Of a stretch of 64,000 nucleotides of DNA, positions 15,581 to 30,340 are shown piece after piece. The notes beneath the pieces were generated by a model. The model saw only the letters and a program-made list of their open reading frames with translations. It was not told where the DNA came from and made no database searches. Made by a program: the position numbers and the translations under genes. Source of the stretch: the human T2T-CHM13v2.0 reference genome, Homo sapiens; the NCBI RefSeq assembly GCF_009914755.1, contig NC_060945.1; one strand, given 5' to 3'. Position 1 is the first letter of the stretch. Every line of letters starts with the position of its first letter.

Positions 15581-18222
15581 TACATCAAAACAAGAAAGAA
15601 ACATTTCAATGGTTTATCCTACTGTCTACTTCCTAAAGGAAAATTATAAATTTGCAGTAACTGATCCAAATACATTTCCAGAGTTACTTTAGCTTTCACA
15701 GTGTTGGCCAGCACAATGTGTTTTTGTTTGTTTGTTTGCTTGCTTCCTTGTTTTTTAAGAACATTCCCATAGTTGACTATTTCAATATTTAATTCTCCAA
15801 TCTTGTATTTTGGGTTTCTCTTGATAAACATCAAAAAAGGTGGAGGCAGTTTACACTGAATAGACTTAAGAAGCTGACCTTTACAAGAAAGTTCAGATGC
15901 TTCATTTTACCACAATTTCTCCACTGCTTAGTTTTATTACACCTAGTCCATATCACGCATTTGGGTTACTTGCCTGGCTCATCTATGACAGAAAAGAAGG
16001 AAAGGAGAAAGGAAGCAAAAGAGAATAAAGAACCTAAATAAGTGCTATTCATCTATTCAGAGCTGTTTCAAAAAATTAAGTAAATGTTTTCTTCAGTATT
16101 CTCAGTCAAATCTTGCTTCATACTTATTATAAATACCCTGAAGGAGTCATACCAATGTGTTCTCTGTAAATGCCATGAACAACACTTTGTTTTTGTATAA
16201 CGGTTTTCATGACTATTGTATTAATAGCACATTTAATAATATTTCAATAGGTCAAAATTATGTCATATGTTTTCTTACAAATTTTTGTCATTTTTTAGAA
16301 TTAATGCTACAGCCCAGAAGATAAATATTATTATGAAAGCTTGTTTGTAAAAAATTTCAGTAATTTTATATCTTTTTGGTAAGATTAATGGCTTCTATTG
16401 TATATATTTACAATGGATATCAATGTTGATATTGAGTTATCCAATCTAATATTTTAATAGCTCCAGCTTGAACTATGAATGGTAGATGACTGTGTTCTGT
16501 ACGTATACCAATATGAGTATTTTTCTATGTTAAAGATTTTACTAGAATCCTTAAATAAACCATAATCATCTAATATGATTTTCTGCTGGAATTTATATAA
16601 TTTATTATCATAAAATATATTGAATTGCTCAGATAAAAATTTTAATTTCTATAAATCTTAATATATAAAAATATGGTCTTCTTCAACAAATTGACATTCC
16701 AAATTGGTTTAGAATATCCTTAAATAATTATAGTTTTATTTTCAAATAAGTTAATTTTACAAATTGTTATCATTTTTAACTTAACTTTTGTGTTTTGTTT
16801 TTTGTTTGTATTTATGTCTTCCCCAAATGTCCTCTTTTTAATGCAAATGTAGAGAAGGCAGACACCTAGAATTCCATCCTAGAATTAAGACGTGACAATT
16901 AACTTTGATTTTGTAAATGCATTGTATGCTGACCTAATAGAAGATGAAAAGTGGAAAAATTTGCACAATGAGTTCAAGAACTCTGAGGAAAAGTATTCAA
17001 AGAGTCTAGTTAAGAAAACCTTATTAAGTGGAAATTTCATACCAGACAAGGCTGCACAGCTTGGAAAAGCCCTGCACTTAAAATTAACTTCAGCCGGTGA
17101 TGTGCTGAGGCTCTTGACTCAAGTACAGGCACACGGGCTGGCTATGATTTGGAGAAACATGGTAAGTCATATGAATGTTAGTTGATAACTAATTTTATTG
17201 TTCATGTGCGGAGGACATAGGGTCAAATGTGCCCCAAGAGGACCTCGAGAAAATATATGTGGGTCTGGATACAGACCTCATGTGACAAAAAGAAGCAATA
17301 ACCGGGAAAGACTGATTCTCTCTGCTTATCATTTAGAACAATCAAAATAACTTTGAAATGAAAAAAACTCTAGGAGTTTTGAAATTATTAAACTGGCATG
17401 TACATATTAAAAGGGAACAAATAAGGAATTTACTACTAATAGGGCATGGGGGAAAGCAGACCCAAAGTTCTAATTAATATTTTAAAATGATGGTATCCAT
17501 TTTCCGGTTTTAAGGTAAGTCCATACTGCTGAAAATTGCTCTATGTTTCTTATCAAATTTATCTATATCAGCATTTATTTTACTTCTAAATTTAATTACA
17601 ATTTTTAAATTCCATTAAAAAAGTTATCTCACATTTAACTATTTGTTACCTTTCCTTCTCATCTTACAATATTACTTCTCTACCTGTCAAACTATATACA
17701 GTCCAGTTCCTATTCCAATTATGGCTATAATTGCGGTACAATTAATCAATTAATTAACAAAGCATAGCAAAAAATCAAAAGAACTTTAAAAAATTATGTA
17801 TAATTGTGATCAATATGATGTTTTTAAATATGTTCAACTATTTATACTATTTTCCTTCTCAAAGAATCATCAGAATGCTGAACACATAAAATAAACATTG
17901 AATAAATTAAAAATAATTTTTCATTCTAAACAATCTAATTTAAGTATAGTTCCTATTTAGACTTAACCATAACACTTTGAAAAACTTGAAAGAATTCACT
18001 GATTTTTTATAAAATTTAAAATTAATACATATTACACAATTTGTAATATGTATTTTTACTTTGAACACAAGGGCATTTTAAATTGAGCTTCTTTGAAATA
18101 TAATTCACATATAAAAATTTCAGAAAATTTTAAGGACCTTTTTCTTTTTACTAATGCTTTGATTAGGATTTCAGTCTGCATACGAATTTGTCATGATTTT
18201 AGCTGAAACTATTTAAATAGAT

Positions 18223-18249
18223 CGCCGCCGGGAAAAAAGGCGGGAGAAG
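18223..18249 (+). other. Truncated mitochondrial light-strand replication origin (OL) stem-loop
   Basis: Loop and right arm (gccgggaaaaaa ggcgggagaag) intact; only cgcc remains of the left arm cttctcccgcc. Confidence 0.9.
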
Positions 18250-18312
18250 CCCCGGCAGGTTTGAAGCTGCTTCTTCGAATTTGCAATTCAATATGAAAAT
18301 CACCTCAGAGCT
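18247..18312 (-). tRNA. MT-TC: Nuclear copy of mitochondrial tRNA-Cys (GCA), presumed non-functional
   Basis: 66 nt; reverse complement AGCTCTGAGGTGATTTTCATATTGAATTGCAAATTCGAAGAAGCAGCTTCAAACCTGCCGGGGCTT, anticodon GCA. Confidence 0.93.
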
Positions 18313-18377
18313 GGTAAAAAGAGGCTTAACCCCTGTCTTTAGATTTACAGTCCAATGCTTCACTCAGCCATTTTACC
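18312..18377 (-). tRNA. MT-TY: Nuclear copy of mitochondrial tRNA-Tyr (GTA), presumed non-functional
   Basis: 66 nt; reverse complement GGTAAAATGGCTGAGTGAAGCATTGGACTGTAAATCTAAAGACAGGGGTTAAGCCTCTTTTTACCA, anticodon GTA; 1-nt overlap with tRNA-Cys as in mtDNA. Confidence 0.93.
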
Positions 18378-19134
18378 TCACCAGATCAATACCTTTCCTT
18401 ATCTCTCAATGTCATTAGATATATACATTTTAATCTTAATTTATAGAACAAATATACATATCTTTTTCTGATTATGTGCCTCTAAGTTTGGTAAAAAGTT
18501 CTTGATGCAACCAGTGGACTCAACACTTCTCCTTACTTTGCATTTATAATAATAGGCTTATAGCAGTTTTTTCTCCAAATTAAAGTATAAATATTTAATT
18601 TTTACTTTTAATTTTTAAACGTTACTCAATATTATGTTTATAAAATGACTTCTGGAAAAACATGTCTATTTTCTATCATTTATTATGTCATAATTGAGAG
18701 AAGCAAGAACCCAAATTCATTTAATTATAACACATAAAACTGAATAAATATAGATGACAGATATGTGTTCTTTGTTTTTACATATCTGTTGTAAACCATA
18801 TTACTCAGATTATCTCACTTCTTTCAACTTTTCTAATAAAAGCAATTACCATACCTATGTGGAATGTATTTTAATAGTAATTCGTTTTAATAAAAGTTAT
18901 ATATTTTTAGGAGGTCAAAATAGCAATTTCAATTTATGAAATGTTGACTTTTTAATCTTATTGACATATTTTCTGGAGGCAAATTGTAGAACTATTTGAA
19001 TAGCAACAGAAATTTCCAGTGGAGAGACAGTCAGATACGAAACTTCCGTGAGAAAACTGTATTTATCAGTGACTGAAAATCCTTGGATTAGGACCTAACT
19101 CCCACCTACTTGTTCTTGTAGATACTCTGTCTAA

Positions 19135-19200
19135 ATACAGATATAGATAGATACAGATACAGATATAGACATAGACATAGATACAAGTACAGTTACATAG
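19135..19200. repeat. Degenerate hexamer microsatellite (AGATAC/AGACAT)n
   Basis: atacagatatagatagatacagatacagatatagacatagacatagatac. Confidence 0.8.
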
Positions 19201-20279
19201 AAAAATGAAATAATATTATAAGATATCCTGAAATATATATAATATGTTAGTTCCTAACATTGTTTTAAAAGTTACTTGTTTAACCAATCAAAGAAGAAAC
19301 AACTTAAACAGACTTTACAAAAATTCATCAGATTTAATAAAGTTGTCTATTCGAAGATAGGGACTTTTTTCTTTTTTAAAAATTAAATGAGAAAGCAACT
19401 ATTGGCAAATTCAAATTCCTTTCTTATCAAAATATATATTTTGAATTTTTATTGTTTAAAACAATATAGAATTTGAATTAATAGCTTAGTAAGGAAATGT
19501 CTTTCCTCAAGACTACAATGTGCTATCTTGCATACAAAATTACCAAATAAACACAGTGGCTGCTGATAAATTTTTACCTAATTATTCAATATGTTTCCCT
19601 TGAAAAATGAATGATTAAATGAATTAAACAACAGTTAAACAATTAGATTCAGTATGAATATTATGTGCATACTGTACATACTTTTGTATTTTCAAGGTCA
19701 ATCATTGCATAGAAAGAAATTAATTTTTTTAAGAAGTTAAAAATATAGTACTTAATCTTGAATAAATTTGTTAACAACTAGGGCACATTAAAATATGCCT
19801 GAAAGGTAGTAAAATTACATTTTAACATTTATACAAGAGGTTGTCTAGAATATTACAAAAGAAAAATAACCTAAAAATAAAAACTTTCCCAAAACAAAGA
19901 CTCAAAAGCAGCCCAAAACTGTTACAACAATAAAAATAATGCTACAATATTTGTTTCTATTTTAATTGAAAAAAGGAAAGGCAGATTTAGTTATTACTCT
20001 AAATAGATACTTTATTGTTGATTTTTCTAGATTTAATAGATTCAATAGTTTGAACTTAAAACCGTATTTCTCAATTTTACTCTAATTTTCTAACCTCAAA
20101 CTTAAAACACATCATTTCCCTCTTTATTTTCCCACCAACCACACACACTAGCCACGTCATTCTATTTGTATTTACCTCATTCTTTTTCACATACTCTTTG
20201 TGTGTGATTCTGCTTTACCATTTTTTAGAATATCTTTTCTCAATTTTTCACCTATGTTAAATATTGTTTTAATATATAG

Positions 20280-20797
20280 CGTATTAATAGAAAAGCTAAG
20301 GTATAGTAAAGCAAACAGATCAGAAGACAATTGCCATTGAAAAGATACTCACAATTTCCAAGAGAAGGGAGCATGTCACACCAGGGGAGACTACAGGGAA
20401 GAACTCAGGTCCATCAGGAAACAGAGAGAGGGAGGAATTCAGGAGCAAGACCCTAGACTGTGGTGTTTGCAGGAAGAAACCAAGCAGGGTAAACAAGCTT
20501 AGGACTGGCTCATTTGAATAATTTCAGTGGGCTCTGGGGCATAAGAGCTGTCTCTGGTTCTCTGGTTTTTGGCCCTAGCGTGATTAGGACAGAAGCACAG
20601 TGGCCTGGAGTGTGACAGCCCTATAGAGTATGAGTTTGGGAATTGGTTAGTTTGTATTTGTAAAGCCCATCTTCATGAGGAGTTCAGGGGAGACTTCGTA
20701 GCCAGAAGCTGAGGCAAGGTGACTCCAGCATACTATCCATCTTCAAGAACAAGATGTGTCTGAATTGCTGTATGTTATAAAGTTTCGATGTCTAATA
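20280..20797 (-). mobile_element. ERVL-class LTR (MER76-related, family uncertain)
   Basis: acagatcagaagacaattgccattgaaaagata...gcttaggactggctcatttgaataatttcagtgggctctggggcata; visibly related to the element at 27180-27695. Confidence 0.55.
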
Positions 20798-20879
20798 GAG
20801 TAAATCTTTCATCCTGTTGGTTCTCTTTGATTTAATTTGCTTTTTTCTCTCTCTCTCTAAGTCCTGTTCTCGGAATAAT

Positions 20880-22200
<1,321 letters not shown>

Positions 22201-22455
22201 CAATTTTTAGGTACACTTAATGGGATGGGACTATAGATTATTGGGATTTTCTTTAATAATAGTTTAATAATAGTTTAAAATTGGTAAACTATTTTTAAGG
22301 GGAAGTTGTTAACAATCACTTTCTACAATATGTGACTCTCTCTTCAAAGAGTAAATCAGAGACAAATCTTTTTTTTCAAATTTCTTTTTTTGAAAATCAA
22401 TAATAATGACCCTATTTTTTAGTTTGAATGGATTCTCATTAATTTAAAATGCAAA

Positions 22456-22868
22456 TATTTTGGACTAAATGTTTGTGTCCCTCCCACCCCAAATTTAAAT
22501 TTTGAAGCCCTAATCCCCAGTATTATGGTTTTGGAGATGTGGGCCTTTGGAGGTCAAAAGGTTGAGATGAAACCATGAGGATGGAGTCCTCATGATGGAA
22601 TTAGTGAATTTATTATAAAAGACACAGAAGAGCACTTTCTTGTACACTTCCTTTGTCTCTGTCTCTCTGTGTGTTTCTCTATCTCTCTTCCCTGTGGGAA
22701 CACAACAAAAGGTATCTGTGTGACAAGCATGAAGAATACCCTCAGCAGAAACTGACTATGTGTATGCTGATCGTGTACTTCTTAGCCTCCAAACTATGTG
22801 GAAAAAAATTTGTTGTATAAGACACCAAGTTTATTGCATTTTGTTACGGCAGCCTGAGCAGTCTAACA
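22456..22868 (+). mobile_element. MLT1A-type MaLR LTR
   Basis: ggactaaatgtttgtgtccctccc...gaagccctaatcccca...gtcctcatgatggaattagtg...ttttgttacggcagcctgagcag. Confidence 0.8.
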
Positions 22869-23666
22869 AGAAAGCAATAAAAAGTATAAGTAATTAAGAT
22901 GAAACTAAATTTATCATCCAAATTCTCACCATAAAGAAATAACCATTTTCAAAATATGTAGAACAAGATTTCACATATTTTCCTAAAGTTTATGGACAGA
23001 GATAATTGATAAAGATTTTATACAAATTGACTATTAAGAAACGATTGTATTTAATTATAACAGAAGATAAAAATAATTTTGTATAGAGAAACTGATTAAC
23101 GTTTATGCATATTTGTTCCTAAAGTACATTCAAAGTTAAGAGAACAGATTATAAAATCATAAGTTAGAGTTCTTATAGTATAGGTTTCTTACAAGAAGGG
23201 AAGAAAGCAAAATAAATTTAACACAACTAAAGCAGATCTTGCAGAATGTGATTTATATATGGACATGAGTCAGCTTCCTAAACTTGAATCTCAGTGTTAT
23301 ATAGATGAACCCACTCAGACAGAAACAACGTTGAACTAGAACAGAACTCCTTTGACAGGCAATGCACATGTTTTTAGGAGAGCAGACTGTAAGCTTTCTC
23401 TGAGCCTCCGAGAGGCAGAAGGTAAGAATGATTCTGGGTTATGCATCCTCAAGTTTTTGTTTAAACTCTCTGAATAAGTACCTCATTCCATTTTGCTGGG
23501 GCAAAGTGAGTGGATGGGGAAAGCAGGCCAAGGGCATTATGTGAATGGGTCACTTCAAAGGGAAAAACATATCTGAAACATGGTAGAAGCACCCCATAAC
23601 TACTTTTTCATGCCTTTGGCCTATTGGACTTAACCATTATAGCAATGATGACTCAAAAACTACACT

Positions 23667-27137
<3,471 letters not shown>

Positions 27138-27179
27138 AACTACACTGTTTCATTGCTCTAGATTTCTTTTTGTCTCCAT

Positions 27180-27695
27180 TTAATTATGGAGAGACTTGCA
27201 GAGACAGAAATGACTGTCACATGTTCTTATACACATAAAGCCCTAGAAACAGGAGCCACAGCACATCATGCACTGGGGCCATATGGGGAAGTACCAGAGT
27301 CAGTGAAGGCAAAAGGAGCAAAACTAAAGCATGAGCCAGAGCCTTTAATATGGTTTTCCTTGGAAGGAATGAGTGAGACAGTGTAAGCAGCTGAGCAGGT
27401 TTAAGACTGGGTAGTGTGAGTACTTTTTGTGTAATTTAGTCCCTAGTGTTCCAGCACCTGATTCTGGGGTGACGAAAGCAGAGGGATAATGTCCCAGACC
27501 ACAGGAGCCATATAATAAGAGTCAAGTGAGGGTGTGGATTCTGGATTGGTTGGTTTGCATATAAATAACATGCTCATAGGCAAGTTGTTTAGTATTTCTA
27601 GAAATTAGCTAACCCTAGGAGGAGCACTCTGTCTTGAAACCTATATGGTCTCAAGATGTCAAAGCAAAACAAAAACAATAACCATGATTAATACA
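27180..27695 (-). mobile_element. ERVL-class LTR (MER76-like)
   Basis: gattggttggtttgcatata...agaaattagctaaccctaggagg...caagatgtcaaagc...catgattaataca. Confidence 0.6.
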
Positions 27696-28018
27696 GCAAG
27701 ACGGAATAAGCTATATATTGCCTTAAGGAAGAAGTTACTTGGCTCTCTATGGCTGATCGTCATAACCTGTAAGATTTCTTCTCTTGACTTGAGTTGGACA
27801 ACTGGGGTTTTATTTCTGAAGCATTTTATAGGAACTACTCATTGTTCTTGTTTTTGTCATATTAGTCATGATGCTGGCCAATTGCATTCAACTCAGTCTT
27901 AACTTCCTTTTTATAGCAGCCCTCTCACCAGAAGATTGCCCTTACTACAAAACTGCAAAAAGTTCAAGAACATCTCATAATATGGTTGACAATAGAGACA
28001 ATTAAACAGTCTCTAAGT

Positions 28019-28530
28019 TGTGAAGATCTGAATCTCTAAACTTCCCTGAATTGGCTTGGCCAATGCCTCAAGCTAGTTAATGACAAAATGGGAGGAGGGG
28101 TAGCCAGACCATATATAAGAATAGAGCTCTGACCCACATCTTTGTAGCAACCAGCCTGGGAAGCCAAACCACAGCCTCTGCATCAACCAGCCCCAAATGA
28201 ATAGGATTTAGTTAATGATTGCCAGGTTCCCTATTTTTGCCTCAGCTGCCAACTCAGGACCCATCAGAGAAAGTCAAGTATGCTTTCTGACTGATCACAT
28301 AAGATGCTCCATTTCCCCTTATTTATTTAGTCCATCTTCAGCTTCCCCATACAACCTTAAAGCAGAGCATATCCAAAAGCTTTCCTTTTCCAAGTACAAA
28401 ACTTTCCTATTCCTCAGCCTTTCTTTGAGTCACTGCAAAACATATATGATGACAGCTGACTTTCTTGTTATAAAAAGTCTGAATAAATATAGATTCTCTC
28501 TGTTATTATTAGGTGTTATTTATTTCCACA
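28019..28530 (+). mobile_element. ERV1-class solo LTR (MER89/MER110-like)
   Basis: TG...CA ends; ccagaccatatataagaatagagctctgacccaca...gcaaccagcctgggaagccaaaccac; tctgaataaa near the 3' end. Confidence 0.55.
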
Positions 28531-28836
28531 ACCTACAAAAAATCTTCAGGCAGGGTACTATTTAAAGGTGCAATATTGAAAAATTCCACATAAAATCAGG
28601 AAAAAAGAAAGAATGTTCATCTCACTGCTATTCTTCTACACATTACTGTAAGCACTAACCATTATAAAAAGAAGAAAAATAAAGGGCATAATGATTGAAT
28701 AGGAAAAACAAAATTGTCTTTACTTGAAAATGAGATGATTATGGGAAAAAACTAAGGAATACATTTCAAAAGCTACTAGAAATAAATAATATATATATAT
28801 GAAATTTATAGCAAACAAGGTTAATATATAAAAGTG

Positions 28837-29620
28837 CATGTTGAGTGTTCCTTATCCAGATATCTGAAATCTGAAATGCTCTAAAAGCTGAAACTTTTTG
28901 AGAGCTGACGTGATGCTCAAGGAAATGTTCACTTAAGCATTACAGATTTTGGATTTCTGGATTAGCACTACTGAATTTGTAAGTATAATGTAAATATTCT
29001 GAAATCTGAAAATAATTTGAAATCTGAAATACCTCTGGTCCCAAGCATTTTTTAACTCACTATATGTGCTCATTTTTTTTAACAAATACCTATTAAGCAG
29101 ACACTATGAAGAAAAACTGTGCAAACATTGGAAATACATAAGTAAGCAAGGCAGAAGGGCCTCTTGTATTAAAAATAAATGAAGGAGGACACTAGTTAAA
29201 GTGGTAAGGAGAGATTTTAATCATTTAATAATAATGATTGCAACATGGAACATGGAAAAGAGTGCAGCATGAGTTGAATTCAACTTCAATTTGTATATTG
29301 GCAACTGATTGTTTTATTTTATTTTAGATTCTAGGGGTACATCTGAACGTTTGTCACATGGGTATACTGTGTGATGCTGAATATTGAACTTCTAATGATC
29401 TCATCGCCCATGTAGTGAACATAAGACCCAATAGACAGTTTTTCAACAGTTGGCCAGCTCCCTCTCTCTTCTCTTTTGGAATCTCCAGTGTTTATGGTTC
29501 CCATCTTTGTGTTTTTGGGTACCAAATGTTTACCTCCTACTTATAAGTGAAAACGTGGTATTTAGTTTGCTGTTTTTGCGTTAATTCGACAAGCATTTTG
29601 GATAAGCAGTTCTTAACCGG
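28837..29620 (+). mobile_element. Tigger4a (TcMar) MITE, split by an L1 insertion
   Basis: catgttgagtgttccttatccagatatctgaaatctgaaatgctc...ctggtcccaagcatttt (to 29051), resuming aagcattttggataagcagttcttaaccgg followed by TA. Confidence 0.85.
29309..29589 (-). mobile_element. L1PA16-like 3'UTR fragment
   Basis: ttttagattctaggggtacat...tgtgtgatgctga...cttctaatgatc...cccaatagacagtttttcaac...acttataagtga...ttttgcgttaattcg. Confidence 0.9.
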
Positions 29621-30193
29621 TAAAATGTGTTGTTGCATACTAATAATGAATCATTAAAACATGATAATAAATTCTATTCACAATAGAATAATCACAAGCA
29701 TATAATTCTTAGGAATAAAGGCAACAAAATATGCGTAGGACTTTTATCTAGAAGCTAAAAATATTATTGAGAAATTTTAAGAAAAAATAGAAAATGTAGA
29801 TCTATACATGTTCTTATTGATATGTTATTTATATTAAGATATCCATCCACCTTATATTGATCTACAAATGTGTTTCAACTCTGATGAAAATCACATCAGA
29901 TTTTACTGCAAAATAAAAATAAACAATGTGATGTCAAGATGTATATATATATGCAGAAATACAAAGGAACATAGGTAATTTAACCAATCTTGGAAAAGAA
30001 TATAATCAAAGAAGTAACATTAAATTATGTTAAGATTTTTAAAGCTGCATGTTAAAAAATGGAGCATCCATAAATATGTTCATGTTTAACGTAGATGATG
30101 AACTGATTTTCTATGAAGACAAAGGACAATAGAAAACACATATTTTTACAACAAATCTGAAACAACTAGATAAATTTATGAAAATCAAATTAA

Positions 30194-30340
30194 TTTTTTT
30201 ATTTCTAACTTTTTCTGTTGCCCAGGCTGGAGTGGTGCAATCATAGCTCACTGCAGCGTGGAACTCCTGGGCTCAAGAAATCCTCCTTCTTCAGTCTCCT
30301 AATGCACTGGGGTTACAAATGTGAGTCATCATGCTTAGCC
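30194..30340 (-). mobile_element. FLAM / AluJ monomer
   Basis: ctgttgcccaggctggagtggtgcaatcatagctcactgcagc..gaactcctgggctcaag. Confidence 0.8.

Larger units (their letters stand above)
18223..18382 (+). other. NUMT: 160-bp nuclear copy of human mtDNA ~m.5737-5896 (partial OL, tRNA-Cys, tRNA-Tyr)
   Basis: cgccgccgggaaaaaaggcgggagaagccccggcaggtttgaagc...ccattttacctcacc matches recalled rCRS with two differences (18307, 18326); CpG-rich island in AT-rich DNA; AGATC on both sides. Confidence 0.97.

Noticed and set aside
16892-17185. 97-aa ORF as a protein-coding gene
   Set aside because: GTG start, upstream in-frame stops, no recognisable homology; retained only as a possible non-coding exon.
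18247-18377. Functional nuclear tRNA genes
   Set aside because: Mitochondrial-type tRNAs lacking a canonical Pol III B box (no GTTCGA).
18219-18387. NUMT as an MboI/Sau3AI cloning chimera because of flanking GATC
   Set aside because: Recalled mtDNA has no GATC at either end of the fragment, and the insert differs from rCRS at two sites; read support should still be checked.
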